Positions 10,509 to 20,776 of a stretch of DNA of 64,000 nt are shown piece after piece (position 1 is the stretch's first letter; each line of letters opens with the position of its first letter). A program made the translations under genes and the position numbers. The notes under the pieces were generated by a model that saw nothing but the letters and a program-made list of their open reading frames with translations, searched no databases and was not told the DNA's origin. The stretch spans positions 294,164 to 358,163 of the forward strand of contig JBFMAY010000001.1 in the NCBI GenBank assembly GCA_040755455.1, read 5' to 3'. The stretch is from Thermodesulfobacteriota bacterium. Lineage in GTDB: Bacteria > Desulfobacterota > Desulfobulbia > Desulfobulbales > SURF-16.

Positions 10509-11825
10509 TCAGCCGTCTGTTTCCAGCTCAGCCCTGTCGGCGCCGTATTGCTGTTCCAGGGTGAGCCGGTAGAGCGCCTTTTTGTAAGAGCTGGATTGCG
10601 GTTTGAGCTGCACCGCCTTTTCCAGCTGACCCATGGCCGCGCCGGGGTCTCCGGCCGCCAGATAGGATCTGCCCAGCCAGTAGGCGGCCGAGGCGCTGTC
10701 CGGCTCAAGTCGGACATTGGCCTCGCTTGCCTGCAGGGCCTGCTGCAGATGAAAGCGGGCGCGTTCCGTGTTGCCGGCCTGCAGCAAGGACTTATGCAGG
10801 GAAAGGTTGGTCTCAACGTTACCCGGAAAGCGTCCGTATTTCGTCATATCAAGAGCGATCGCCCTGCTGTTCATTTCCCTGAATTTTTCTTCCTTCCCCA
10901 TCTGCTGATAACAGGCGGCAAGGTCGCGCAGTATTGCGGTGCTGCCGGGATTTTTTTCCAGCAGCAGCCGGTAGAGCCCGGCGGCATTGTGCCAGCTGCC
11001 AAGGCGGCCATAGCGTTCAGCAAATTTTGCCATGCCGCTGTCAATCCGGCTGGCCATTGCCGTTTTCAGGCGCGGCACCGCGTAGCAGAGCGAGGTGGTT
11101 GTTGCCGCAAGGCTGGTGCCGGCAATAAAGATCAGCAGCATGGCTTGGGCGCGACGGGCGGATAGCTGGGCAATGCTTGCTCCCCGGTGTTTATGGTTGA
11201 GCCAGTGATGGCCGGTTAATATGGCCAGGGCCAGGGCCACCAGGATTTCCGCGATCTCCGCCTCGTTGAATTTGAAAATTCGCAGTTCAAAGAGAGCGGC
11301 GCCGGTAAAAAACGGCCACAGATAAGGGGGGGGTGACGGAATGCCTTTTCTGTTGATCCACAGGGCAGGTTGCCAGCCGACTTTCAGTTCTAGGGGGTAG
11401 ATGACGCCGTAGATGATGAAGGAACAGGCCAGCAGCGCTTCGATGGCGCGTTTGACCATGGTGCTGTAAGGTCCGGTGAAAAAGTTATGGAGATTTGTTT
11501 CCTGCTGGAGATTGTGGGCCCGGAAAAAATCAGGGGTGGCGATGTTGAACAGCCGCTGTCCCCAGGAAATTTCCTCGCCGGTTACATAAAAACAGGCCAG
11601 GGCCAGGACAGCGAAAAAAAACCGGAAGGGTGAGCGGGCCTGGACAAGGCGGACTGCGAAGCATAAGGCGATGGCAAAGAAGTAAAACTGGCCCCACTCG
11701 CCGAGCAGATCCTCATAGGTGGCCCAGATGTAAGCCACCGGGCAGCAGAATGCCATGATGGCGAAAAGGGCCATGATAAAAAGGAAAAGACCGTAGGCGG
11801 CAAACGTATCGATTTTCCTGGTCAT
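10509..11825 (-). CDS. Multi-TM membrane protein with C-terminal TPR repeats
   Basis: Several hydrophobic helices, a GEEISWGQR...ETNLHN motif and TPR-like helices (AAYWLGRSYLAAG). Confidence 0.75.
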   Translation of the reverse strand: MTRKIDTFAAYGLFLFIMALFAIMAFCCPVAYIWATYEDLLGEWGQFYFFAIALCFAVRLVQARSPFRFFFAVLALACFYVTGEEISWGQRLFNIATPDFFRAHNLQQETNLHNFFTGPYSTMVKRAIEALLACSFIIYGVIYPLELKVGWQPALWINRKGIPSPPPYLWPFFTGAALFELRIFKFNEAEIAEILVALALAILTGHHWLNHKHRGASIAQLSARRAQAMLLIFIAGTSLAATTTSLCYAVPRLKTAMASRIDSGMAKFAERYGRLGSWHNAAGLYRLLLEKNPGSTAILRDLAACYQQMGKEEKFREMNSRAIALDMTKYGRFPGNVETNLSLHKSLLQAGNTERARFHLQQALQASEANVRLEPDSASAAYWLGRSYLAAGDPGAAMGQLEKAVQLKPQSSSYKKALYRLTLEQQYGADRAELETDG

Positions 11826-11935
11826 GCTGCGTATCTCCGGCACCTTGCGCAAAGAGGTGCCCCCCGCCGGGGAAGAGAAGCCAGCCCGGCGGGGAGCGGG
11901 GAAAGAAGAGGTATATCCTGATGAAATGCTGTTTA

Positions 11936-12337
11936 TTAATGATCGTTGGAATCGGAATCAAAATGCATCGATTCACCGTCACTGTCGTCGTCACTGTCAG
12001 CGTCGTCGTGGTCATGGGTGCCGCAGCTGGCGGTGGTGTCTACCTTGGCTGTCCAGTAGAGACCGGTTTCATAGTTCGGCGCCAGCCAGGAGAAGCTGAC
12101 CGGGGTGGTCGTGTTGTTGGGCAGATAGACTTCCTTGCAGAGGTGGCCGACCGCCGTACCGACCGCATCAAAGGCCATCATTTTTACGGCAGCGTATACG
12201 CTCCTGCCGCTGGTGTTTTTGACTGAGGCGGAAACGGTGGTTGTTGAGTTCATTTTAACAGATCCCGCGGCCAGAGCCATTCCTGTGGTGGTGAAGGCGA
12301 GAAGAATCGCCAGGATGATTATTTTTGCCAATTTCAT
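11936..12337 (-). CDS. Small secreted protein with Asp/His-rich tail
   Basis: GGAGG RBS, signal peptide, beta-rich domain and tail HDHDDADSDDDSD...NDH. Confidence 0.75.
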   Translation of the reverse strand: MKLAKIIILAILLAFTTTGMALAAGSVKMNSTTTVSASVKNTSGRSVYAAVKMMAFDAVGTAVGHLCKEVYLPNNTTTPVSFSWLAPNYETGLYWTAKVDTTASCGTHDHDDADSDDDSDGESMHFDSDSNDH

Positions 12338-12410
12338 TTTATATCCTCCGGTATATCGATAAATTTCACTTGTTATAGGCGGTTGCTTCGGCTGTTAAGC
12401 CTTGCCAGAC

Positions 12411-13877
12411 TTAAGGAATAACGGTGTTCGGCGCATTGATGGTGACCACGAAGTCCGAGGGGCCAGCGGTGCCGGGCTCGGTGGTGGCGGTGGTTGCATC
12501 AAAGGTCGGGGTGACGCGCAGGGTGAAGTTGCCGACGGGCAGATCGCCTACGTTAAGAAAGGCATTGATGTTGACGTTGGCCAGGTCATCGATGTCGCCG
12601 GGCAGCCAGTTCGGATTGGCTTTGATCATGTCAAGCTCTGCTGCGGTCAGGGCAACAGGCGGACGGATATCGGTGCCCACCACGGCAGGGATATTCCAGG
12701 TGCCGTCGGCATTCAAGGTGATATTGACGGACTCGCGATAGGTTACCCAGGTGGCGTCGCAGCCGAGGTTGTCAGCGCAGGCCTGGTCGCAGTCTGGGGT
12801 AGCGACGCCGGTGGTGCCCGCCTCCTCGTCAAAGTTGCCGGGGCAGCTGGCCATGAGGATGTTGTCGGTGTAAACGATGCCGTCGGCATCAAAATAGAGG
12901 CCGCCTTTCAGATTGCTGGAGGGCAGCCACTCGCCGAAGAGATCTGTATGAACGGCGGACATGTCGGAAGCCACGATATGGGTCTGGTTGGCGGTCATGA
13001 GAAATGTGGCGCGCACATACGGGTTGAAATAGCCGTAGCTGGTATGGTGTTTATCCGGGGCGCCGAAGAGGCCGTGGGCCTGCAAGGCGTCAAGCTCCCC
13101 CTGTTTCATGATGTCGCTGGTGGTCGGCACGGTATAATCATAGCTTGCGCCGCTGCGTCCAGCAAAGGAAAGACCGTCGTTTGGTCCGGCTTCGGTGAAG
13201 TTGCCGTTGGCATCAAGAAAACCGAGCTGCATGGTGAAGCCGGTGACCCTGGACCCGGTCTGGTTACCGTATTTCATGAGAAGCCGGTAAAGTTCAGTCT
13301 GGCCGTTGTTTGCCACGTTGAAGGTCAGATCCACCGGAGTATCAAGCATATAGCCCACCGCTTTGAAGCGTTTGCTTGATTGGAATGGATCGGAGCACTG
13401 TTTCTTGTCAATGCCCCACCAGTCGCTCATCTCGGTGATGTCGTTGCCGCTGCCGTCCAGCACCACGGTTGAATCGGGGTTCCAGCCGGCTGACATGATG
13501 CAGTTGTCGCCGGTGATGTCATCGCCGGTAACGATGCTCAGGCCCGGCCCCTGGGTGTCCCTCTCTTTCCAGGTCATGGCGCCGACCACGGTGCCGGCGC
13601 CATTGACGATGGCGCCGGAACCGACACTGTATTTGGCCCAGCCGCTCGGCATGAATCCGCCGGCGGAAACCGCGCCGGTAATGGGATCAGTCAGGTAGCC
13701 CGGCTCAATATAGGTGTATTGGTCAAAGACGAAAGCAGGGTTGGCGATGTTGGTGGGGGTGCGGGGCACAATGTTGCTCTGGTCCCATTCAGTGATCACC
13801 CCGGCCTGGGCAGTACTCAGAGTCGCCAGTGCGCCTAGGGCAACCGCCGCTGAAATCAGTTTTCTCGTTTTGTTCAT
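12411..13877 (-). CDS. Secreted protein, choice-of-anchor F-like
   Basis: GGAGG RBS before ATG 13877, signal peptide ending AQA, and motifs NCIMS, CSDPFQSSKRFK, DLTFNV and YRLLMKYGNQTG recalled as typical of that family. Confidence 0.65.
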   Translation of the reverse strand: MNKTRKLISAAVALGALATLSTAQAGVITEWDQSNIVPRTPTNIANPAFVFDQYTYIEPGYLTDPITGAVSAGGFMPSGWAKYSVGSGAIVNGAGTVVGAMTWKERDTQGPGLSIVTGDDITGDNCIMSAGWNPDSTVVLDGSGNDITEMSDWWGIDKKQCSDPFQSSKRFKAVGYMLDTPVDLTFNVANNGQTELYRLLMKYGNQTGSRVTGFTMQLGFLDANGNFTEAGPNDGLSFAGRSGASYDYTVPTTSDIMKQGELDALQAHGLFGAPDKHHTSYGYFNPYVRATFLMTANQTHIVASDMSAVHTDLFGEWLPSSNLKGGLYFDADGIVYTDNILMASCPGNFDEEAGTTGVATPDCDQACADNLGCDATWVTYRESVNITLNADGTWNIPAVVGTDIRPPVALTAAELDMIKANPNWLPGDIDDLANVNINAFLNVGDLPVGNFTLRVTPTFDATTATTEPGTAGPSDFVVTINAPNTVIP

Positions 13878-13955
13878 TGAGCAATCCTCCGTTTTTCGTT
13901 TATGAATTTTGCAGGGCTCCGGACTGAAGTGGAGCCATCCTGTGCACGTTGCTGC

Positions 13956-13987
13956 GCGGCAAACCGACGCTGCGACAATTTGCCGCA
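13956..13987. promoter_or_regulatory. Tandem RegA/RegR-type boxes
   Basis: GCGGC-AAACC-GACGC (13956-13970) and TGCGAC-AATTT-GCCGCA (13971-13987) both match GCGnC-N5-GnCGC. Confidence 0.7.
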
Positions 13988-14001
13988 CTGGCCCGGAGGT
14001 T

Positions 14002-14017
14002 AGCACAACGGATGCCA
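14002..14017 (-). promoter_or_regulatory. Sigma54 (-24/-12) promoter
   Basis: Minus strand TGGCATCCGTTGTGCT = GG-N10-GC, about 125 bp upstream of ATG 13877. Confidence 0.65.
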
Positions 14018-14195
14018 AGCGTGCAGAGCTTGATAGGGGAAAATTGATTTGCTTAGGATAACTTATTGGATTTACGTTGATAAAATATATGTGTTTTTGT
14101 CAGGGCCGGCCAGGGAAAGGTGGAGAGGTGATCCTGCAAGAAAATGTAAAGGGGTGCAGTCAACAGAAATTGGGGAGGAACTGCTCAGATACTGT

Positions 14196-15881
14196 TTATA
14201 TATGTTTGGCGGAAGGCATTGCGTTGCTGTAAAAACTGCAGGAGCCGCCTTCCTCCCTCTTTGCCGCGGACAGAGCGGTGTCGGCATTGCGCAGCAGAGT
14301 GCTGCCGTCGCTGCCGTCAGCGGGGAAGAAGGCGATACCGATGCTGGGACTGATGTCGTCAGTGCCGGCGATATGAAACGGCAGGGAAATGTTTTTCATG
14401 ATTTTACCGGCAACAAGCTTTGCATCGTGCTGATCGTTAAGGTTGGTCACAATGACGGCAAACTGATCATGCTTCATCCGCGCCACGGTATCTGTTTCTC
14501 TGATGGATTGCCGCAAGCGTTTGGCTGTCTCCTGCAGGATCAGTTTGCCCGTCTCGTCGCCTGTATCGATAATGGCGGAAGAAAGGTCGAGGTCGATGAG
14601 CAGCAGTGCCAGCAGCTTCTGTGAGCGTTTTGCCAGGCGCAGGGTAAGGTTCAGGCGGTCATGGAGGAGATTGCGATTTGGCAGGTGGGTCAGGGGGTCG
14701 AAATTCGACATGGTTTCCCGGTTGCCCAGATCGCCTTTCAACTCTCTGATATCGCGGGCCAGACAGATGACTCCTTCAACCGTGCCCGAGGTGGTGTAAA
14801 ATGTGGTGCCGGAAAAAAGCACGGGAATCTCGATATTATCCCTTGTCCGCAGCATCATCTCGAGATTGGTGATGGATTTGCCCTGCAGCAGCTCTTCGAA
14901 AATTGTCTGGATGGTGGCGCCGGTGCCATATTCACTGAAAATGTGGCTGGCCGGCCGGTTGAGCAGTTCCTCCTCGTTGTAGGCAAGCAGATTAAGGGTG
15001 GACTGGTTGACCCTGGTGATGGCCTGGGTTGGCGACAGGACCAGCAGGCTGTCTGACATGTAATTGATGATATTGTCCAGATAGTTTCTCGATACCGAAA
15101 TTTTTTTCAGCTCCTCGGTCATGTCCCAGAAGGAGAGGGTAAGACTGCAGATTTCATCCCCCTTTTCACAGAGCTGCGGTTTGTCAACTGTTTTGCCCCT
15201 GGCAAAGTTGTCAATCATTTCCTTGAGACTTTGCAAGGGGATAATGAGCTGTCTGTTGGCCAGCACATTGATGGCCAGGGTGACGACCAGCAAAACGGCA
15301 ATGAACAGGAGGTGCAGCAGCCGTGAGTTGCTGGCGGCCCTCACTTTGTTGTTTTTTATTTCGTTGACCACTGTTCCGGTGAGTTGCCCGGTAGTTTCCG
15401 TAAAGCTCGCCATGAGGCGTTCTCTGGCCTTGCCGATGCGCAGCAGCTGCTGCGAATGTTCAAACAGGTCGCTGCCGCGGGGCATCTGCGTATACTGGTC
15501 AGCAGCCAGGTTGAAGTAATCCTCATAGGCGTCCCGCAGGGTCAGAAGCTGCGGGTAGAAACTCAGCTTCTGGCTGGAGGCCGTCCGTACCATGTCGTTG
15601 AGCAGAGCACTCATCTCTTCATGGTGCTCTCTGGCCTTGACCAGTTCATCGGCCTCGCCGGTGATCAGGCCGCCTTCAAAATTTTTTGTCTGCTCATTGA
15701 AAAGGGTAAGGATTCTGTCTCCCTTCATGGCCAGAGGGAAATGGATTTCCTCGAGGCTGGTGAGACTGTCGGTAATGCGGATATTGGCAATTGACGTGGC
15801 GATGGTGGCAACCAGGTAGGCCAGCAGAGCGATGGCAACGCAGCTCCACACCTTTGCCCGGATGTTTTTCAAGATTTTCAT
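14196..15881 (-). CDS. Membrane sensor with HAMP, PAS and degenerate GGDEF domains
   Basis: Two TM helices, HAMP, PAS and DPLTHLPNR. The GGDEF site reads KHDQF, while the RxxD I-site (RETD) is retained. Confidence 0.85.
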   Translation of the reverse strand: MKILKNIRAKVWSCVAIALLAYLVATIATSIANIRITDSLTSLEEIHFPLAMKGDRILTLFNEQTKNFEGGLITGEADELVKAREHHEEMSALLNDMVRTASSQKLSFYPQLLTLRDAYEDYFNLAADQYTQMPRGSDLFEHSQQLLRIGKARERLMASFTETTGQLTGTVVNEIKNNKVRAASNSRLLHLLFIAVLLVVTLAINVLANRQLIIPLQSLKEMIDNFARGKTVDKPQLCEKGDEICSLTLSFWDMTEELKKISVSRNYLDNIINYMSDSLLVLSPTQAITRVNQSTLNLLAYNEEELLNRPASHIFSEYGTGATIQTIFEELLQGKSITNLEMMLRTRDNIEIPVLFSGTTFYTTSGTVEGVICLARDIRELKGDLGNRETMSNFDPLTHLPNRNLLHDRLNLTLRLAKRSQKLLALLLIDLDLSSAIIDTGDETGKLILQETAKRLRQSIRETDTVARMKHDQFAVIVTNLNDQHDAKLVAGKIMKNISLPFHIAGTDDISPSIGIAFFPADGSDGSTLLRNADTALSAAKREEGGSCSFYSNAMPSAKHI

Positions 15882-15920
15882 GGCAGAGTTGTCCTTATCT
15901 TAAGCATTTAGCAGAAGACG

Positions 15921-16349
15921 TTAGCGGATGACAAGCTGTTTAACCCTGGAATCCAGAGATTCTTTACTGATAAAGCCGATGGCGTCTCTGGTGGCAGCTA
16001 TAAAATTCTTGACCTCTTCGTCGCTTTCCATGGCCAGGGGGGGGAGCCCTGATCCGTTAAAGAGCATTTTTTTGCGGTAGAGCAGATACTGCAGGGGGGT
16101 TTTCTGCAATATTTCACGGCAGAAAGCAGCATACACCTCCGGCTCATTGTTCACGACGACATGAATATGTTCGCCCTGGGTCCACTCTGTTTTTTTGCTG
16201 AGAAAAATAAGGGCGGCCGCCCGGCCGGTGATGCCGGTAAGGGTATTGGCATGATTGACCACCAGGATGATCTCGGCGGCAGGACAGGGGACGTTTGCCC
16301 CGAAAAGCATGAGAAGCAGCAGCACCATTGTTTTCAGTGGTTTTCTCAT
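15921..16349 (-). CDS. Small periplasmic binding protein (PstS-like fold family)
   Basis: Signal peptide; ILVVNHAN...IFLSKKTEW...AIGFI pattern; lies between a porin and a sensor. Confidence 0.7.
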   Translation of the reverse strand: MRKPLKTMVLLLLMLFGANVPCPAAEIILVVNHANTLTGITGRAAALIFLSKKTEWTQGEHIHVVVNNEPEVYAAFCREILQKTPLQYLLYRKKMLFNGSGLPPLAMESDEEVKNFIAATRDAIGFISKESLDSRVKQLVIR

Positions 16350-16366
16350 GGAATCCTTGATCAGGT

Positions 16367-17593
16367 TCAGAAATTAAATGACACTTTGACCGCACCGTAC
16401 TGCCAGTGTCTTTCCGTGCCGTCCGGGTTGAAAAAATCAAGCAACAGGGCCGTGCCGTCAACCGTGTGCCATTCGCCTTTAACCGTCCAGTTTTCGTTGA
16501 CATCATAGCGGACCCCGAGGCCCCAGTCCTTTCTCCATGGGGTGGAATTGTATCTGCCGCTGGCATGGACCGCGTCGTCTTTGTTGTGTTTGTCTTTCCA
16601 GTATTCGTCATAGACAACGGAAAAGCTCAACCGTTCTGTGGCGCAATAGGTGAGCATGAGATACCAGGCCTGGTTGGGGCCGTCAAAGGTGGTGATGTCG
16701 TAGAGGGTTTGCGTGCGGTCGTTTTCTGCGTATTCAGCGCTGAACAGGAAATCCCGCCAGGCATATTCCAGGGAAAGAACAAAATTGCTGTTGGTTTTGT
16801 ATTCGCCGATTTTTTCATCGTCGCCATAGGAGGTATCCTTCTGGCTGGCATAGGAGATTCCCAGACGGAGATTGTCAATGGGCGGAGAGAAGATGAGGCT
16901 TGCGCCATACAGGTAATCATTGTCCCGGTCACATTGGTTGATGCGGGCGGGGAGAAGGGGATCCGGATTCGGGGATTGCCGGTTGTCGGCCAGCCGGGTG
17001 TTGACGCTGGCCAGGGTGGAATCATGGTAAACCGAGTCCCCCTCATATTTGATGCGGCCGTAAAAGAGCTTGTAGTCAAAGTCGCCGAAGGCATCATTCA
17101 TGGCCACGTTGCCGTAAATTTCCCCGCCCCAATGGGCAAGCCAGGTGTCGCGTCGTGTTTCGTCATAGATGCTCTGGGGAAGAAAAATCATGGGCCGGAG
17201 AAAATCGGAATCCCTTTCCGTATTATACAGTCCCATGGGAATCTTGACCTTGCCGAGGCGCACTCCAGCCCAGTCCTGGAAACGGTAATCCACCAGCCCC
17301 CAGTCCAGCCGGATGTGGTTGTCGCCATAATCACCCATATTTCTGGACAGAAGCTGACCGCCAAAGCGGAGGTTGTCGCTCAGGCGGAGGTTCAGGTTGA
17401 GGCCGATTTCATTGAAGTCAAAGGTGCCGTCCAGGCTGTCCGACAGGAAATTGTTGCCGGAACTGTCAAGATAGCCTTGGGAGATAAAGCCGTGCAGCGC
17501 CGCCTTGTTGTTGAGATCAAAGGCCGCAAGCGGCATTGGCGGGAGCAGGGCCACCAGGGCCAGGGAGATTGTTGATATTTTTTTTGGGGGCAT
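16367..17593 (-). CDS. Outer-membrane porin-like beta-barrel
   Basis: Signal peptide, HGFISQGY, amphipathic strands and C-terminal VSFNF. GGAG RBS before ATG 17593. Confidence 0.8.
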   Translation of the reverse strand: MPPKKISTISLALVALLPPMPLAAFDLNNKAALHGFISQGYLDSSGNNFLSDSLDGTFDFNEIGLNLNLRLSDNLRFGGQLLSRNMGDYGDNHIRLDWGLVDYRFQDWAGVRLGKVKIPMGLYNTERDSDFLRPMIFLPQSIYDETRRDTWLAHWGGEIYGNVAMNDAFGDFDYKLFYGRIKYEGDSVYHDSTLASVNTRLADNRQSPNPDPLLPARINQCDRDNDYLYGASLIFSPPIDNLRLGISYASQKDTSYGDDEKIGEYKTNSNFVLSLEYAWRDFLFSAEYAENDRTQTLYDITTFDGPNQAWYLMLTYCATERLSFSVVYDEYWKDKHNKDDAVHASGRYNSTPWRKDWGLGVRYDVNENWTVKGEWHTVDGTALLLDFFNPDGTERHWQYGAVKVSFNF

Positions 17594-17672
17594 AATCTCC
17601 AAGGATATCTGTAAGCAACAAAGGGGTCAACCGGGAATATGCGGTCTAAGCCTGGCGGGAGGCCGATCGCTT

Positions 17673-19019
17673 TCAGGTTGTCGGCTTTCTGATATCGAAA
17701 TCATTGATTTTTTTACGCAGGGTTGTGGGCGAGATGGCTAACTTCTGCGCGGTATGGGTAATGTTCCAGTCGTTGTCGTGCAGGGCTTTGGCAATATGAT
17801 GTTTTTCCGCCTCGGCCAGGGTGAAGGGTTCGGCTTGTTGATCAGCGGCAGCCGGTGTTGTGGTCTGCTGCCAGACAATGTCCTCGGTAAGAATTCTGCC
17901 GTCCCGGGACAGGGCCACGGCCCGGGTCAGAACATTTTCCAGCTCTCTGACGTTGCCCGGCCAGTCATAATGCATCATTTTTTGCATGGCCGCCTCGGAA
18001 ACGGAGGGCATGTCACAATGCAGTTTTGCCCTGATTCTGGCCAGCAGGCTGTCAACCAGCAGCGGGATATCCTCCCGCCGGGAGCGCAGCGGAGCGATAT
18101 GAAGGTTGGAGACATTCAGCCGGTAAAAAAGGTCCTGTCTGAATTGCCCCTGCTTTACCATGTCTTGCAGGTCCCGGTGGGTGGCGGCCACAATCCTCGC
18201 TTTGAGTGGAATTGCCTCAAGCCCGCCAACCCGAACAAATTCCTGTTCCTGCAGCACCCGCAATAGTTTGCTCTGCAGGTCATGCGGCATGTCGCCTATC
18301 TCATCAAGGAACACCGTGCCCTCGCCGGCAAATTCCATTTTGCCGATTTTGGTCTTATCAGCACCGGTAAAGGCCCCCTTTTCATAGCCGAAGAGTTCGC
18401 TTTCCAGCAGGGTCGGGACAACCGCCGAACAGTTAATGGCCACGAAAGGCATGCCTGGAGAGGATGAGGTATGGAGAATTTTTGCCACCAACTCTTTGCC
18501 GGTGCCGCTTTCTCCCTGGATCAGCACCGTTACCCTGCTGCGGGAGAGCAACCCGATCTGCTTCAGCAGCTCAAGCATGGCAGGATGGGCGCCGACCAGA
18601 TCGTCAAGGCAGGGGGGTGCTGCGGCAGGCTGCTCCATCTGGGGAGATTGCACCATTTTCTTGCGGGCTTCCACCTTTTCCACCATGGCAAACAACTCAT
18701 CAAGATCCAGGGGTTTGCGCAGATAATCAAAGGCGCCTTTGCGCATGGAATCAATAACCGCCTTATTGTCGGAGTTGCCGGTCATGATCACCACGCAGAG
18801 TTCATGACCTTTTCCCAGCAGTGCCGGCAGACCCATCAGTCCGCTCTGGTCCGGCAGATTGATATCCAGCAGGACGAGGTCCGGCCCGACAGACCCGGCA
18901 GTCTCCATCCCCTCCTGCATGGTGTGGGCAAGATATGTTTTGTGGCCAACCGCCTCGAGCTGGATCCGCAGGCTGCGGCAGAGAGATTTGTCGTCATCAA
19001 TAATCAGTATTATGCTCAT
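17673..19019 (-). CDS. Sigma54-dependent response regulator (NtrC/AtoC family)
   Basis: REC domain, GESGTGKE, ELFGYEKGAFTGA, WPGNVRELEN and a Fis-type HTH. Confidence 0.95.
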   Translation of the reverse strand: MSIILIIDDDKSLCRSLRIQLEAVGHKTYLAHTMQEGMETAGSVGPDLVLLDINLPDQSGLMGLPALLGKGHELCVVIMTGNSDNKAVIDSMRKGAFDYLRKPLDLDELFAMVEKVEARKKMVQSPQMEQPAAAPPCLDDLVGAHPAMLELLKQIGLLSRSRVTVLIQGESGTGKELVAKILHTSSSPGMPFVAINCSAVVPTLLESELFGYEKGAFTGADKTKIGKMEFAGEGTVFLDEIGDMPHDLQSKLLRVLQEQEFVRVGGLEAIPLKARIVAATHRDLQDMVKQGQFRQDLFYRLNVSNLHIAPLRSRREDIPLLVDSLLARIRAKLHCDMPSVSEAAMQKMMHYDWPGNVRELENVLTRAVALSRDGRILTEDIVWQQTTTPAAADQQAEPFTLAEAEKHHIAKALHDNDWNITHTAQKLAISPTTLRKKINDFDIRKPTT

Positions 19020-20776
19020 CAGTGTGGCCTTCCGTTGAAAATCATTGAAAACCGTGCGCCGCCCTCCGGATTATTGCCCGCTGCAACCGCACCCCCGTGA
19101 AATTCGACAATCTTTTTCACATTGGCCAGACCTAAACCGGTCCCTTTGTCCCTGGTGGTGTAAAAGGGCTGAAAAAGATTGTTGATCTGCTCTTCCCGGA
19201 TTCCCGGCCCCAGGTCCTTGACCGTAATGGTAAAACCGCCGGCCGGGGTCTGTTCACCAATGATCTGCACCGTACCGTTATCGGGTGACCACTGGATAGC
19301 ATTGTCCACCAGATTGATTAACGCCTGGACAACCTGTTGCTTATCGACTGTTATGGGTGTGTTATCCAGATTATCAATGATCTCCAAGGCAATAATCTTG
19401 TCGGCCGCCTTCTGGGTGAGGATTTCCCGGACCTCTTCGGCGATCTGCCGGAAGGGCACCTTATCGAGATTCAAGTGAATCGGTTTGCTGAAGTGGAGCA
19501 GATCGGAAAACATCGATTCAAGCCGTTTCACCTGGGCTATGGCTATGCCGGCCATTTCCGCATAGGACGGATCATCTTTTACTTTGCGGGCCAAGGCCTG
19601 CAGGTTGATTTTGACGGAAGAGAGGGGGTTGCGCATTTCGTGGACGATGCTCGAACTCAATTTCCCCACGGCGCTGAGGGATATGGTCTGCATCATTAGT
19701 CGTTTGTTGGCGTCCAGGGTGTCCAGCATGGCATTGAATGCCTCGCCGACATCATTGAGATAGCGGTCATTGAAAACAGGAAGCCGTTCCTGATGATTGC
19801 CTTCTGAGATATGCCGGGCGACCCGCGCCAGTTCATCAAGGGGATCGGCCACGTTGCTGGCCGTCCGCCAGGAGCCGATCAGAATCAGAATGAGGATTGC
19901 CAGGGCAGTGCTGCCGCCTATGCCCATGTAGCTCTCGATCTCTTTCATGGCATGCATTTTGTCAACCTCCACGATGAGTACCCAGTCCATCTCCGGTATG
20001 GGCGCGGCAATGGAAAAAACGGAAACACCTTTGTCATCTCTTCTTTTCAGCAACTGCCAGTATGGCCCTTGCAGGAGATTGGCAGGAAAGGTCACGGTGC
20101 CTGGCCTATCTTCAAGGCCAGCAGGCAATGCCTGATAAAGCAGGCTTCCATCGCCGGAAACGAGATAGATCTTGCCGCTGTCGTCAAGATCCGAGGTGTC
20201 GGATAAAACCCGTTTCAGAGACTTCGTCATATTCATTTCCGCCACAATATAAACAGCGGGATGGCCGCTCTGGTCAAGGATGGTTTGCCCAAGGGGCAGG
20301 ATTGTTTCCCTGTCCGGGGTCAGATACTGTCTGTCCATCACAAGCAGATCGGCAACGACGAATTTGTTTTTTAAATCACTGGAGGGGGGAGGTATTGCTA
20401 ACGGCGGATTTTCGTTGTACTGGCGGATGACGGACCAGTTATGATCATAAACAGTCAGGGATTTGTATTTTGAGTGGCCCGTGAAGAGTCCCTGCACTGC
20501 AAAATCCAGAGCAGCGAGCTTTTCCTGGGAAGGTCGATCGTTTTTGGTGGAGAGCGAGGTGCCCAGTCTGAAGAACTCCTTCCTTGTGTGTCGTGTCCAT
20601 TCCCTTAACCAGAGCATCCTTGATTTCAGGGAATAACTCAGATGTTCAGTTTCCAGTTTTTCGATGGCCTTTTTGCCGAAATAATGATTTTGAAAAGCGA
20701 GAACAAGCAACGGGACAAGGCCGGTCAGAGCCATGTAAATAAAAATTTTCCTTTTGAGATTGGAAGACACGGACAT
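19019..20776 (-). CDS. Membrane sensor histidine kinase (Cache-like, HAMP)
   Basis: Two TM helices, HAMP, H-box VHEMRNPL and N/G boxes; translationally coupled to the regulator. Confidence 0.92.
   Translation of the reverse strand: MSVSSNLKRKIFIYMALTGLVPLLVLAFQNHYFGKKAIEKLETEHLSYSLKSRMLWLREWTRHTRKEFFRLGTSLSTKNDRPSQEKLAALDFAVQGLFTGHSKYKSLTVYDHNWSVIRQYNENPPLAIPPPSSDLKNKFVVADLLVMDRQYLTPDRETILPLGQTILDQSGHPAVYIVAEMNMTKSLKRVLSDTSDLDDSGKIYLVSGDGSLLYQALPAGLEDRPGTVTFPANLLQGPYWQLLKRRDDKGVSVFSIAAPIPEMDWVLIVEVDKMHAMKEIESYMGIGGSTALAILILILIGSWRTASNVADPLDELARVARHISEGNHQERLPVFNDRYLNDVGEAFNAMLDTLDANKRLMMQTISLSAVGKLSSSIVHEMRNPLSSVKINLQALARKVKDDPSYAEMAGIAIAQVKRLESMFSDLLHFSKPIHLNLDKVPFRQIAEEVREILTQKAADKIIALEIIDNLDNTPITVDKQQVVQALINLVDNAIQWSPDNGTVQIIGEQTPAGGFTITVKDLGPGIREEQINNLFQPFYTTRDKGTGLGLANVKKIVEFHGGAVAAGNNPEGGARFSMIFNGRPH

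Noticed and set aside
16406..17575. 389-aa plus-strand ORF, and similar ones at 12402 and 58987
   Set aside because: Each lies antisense to a well-supported gene and has no recognisable motifs.
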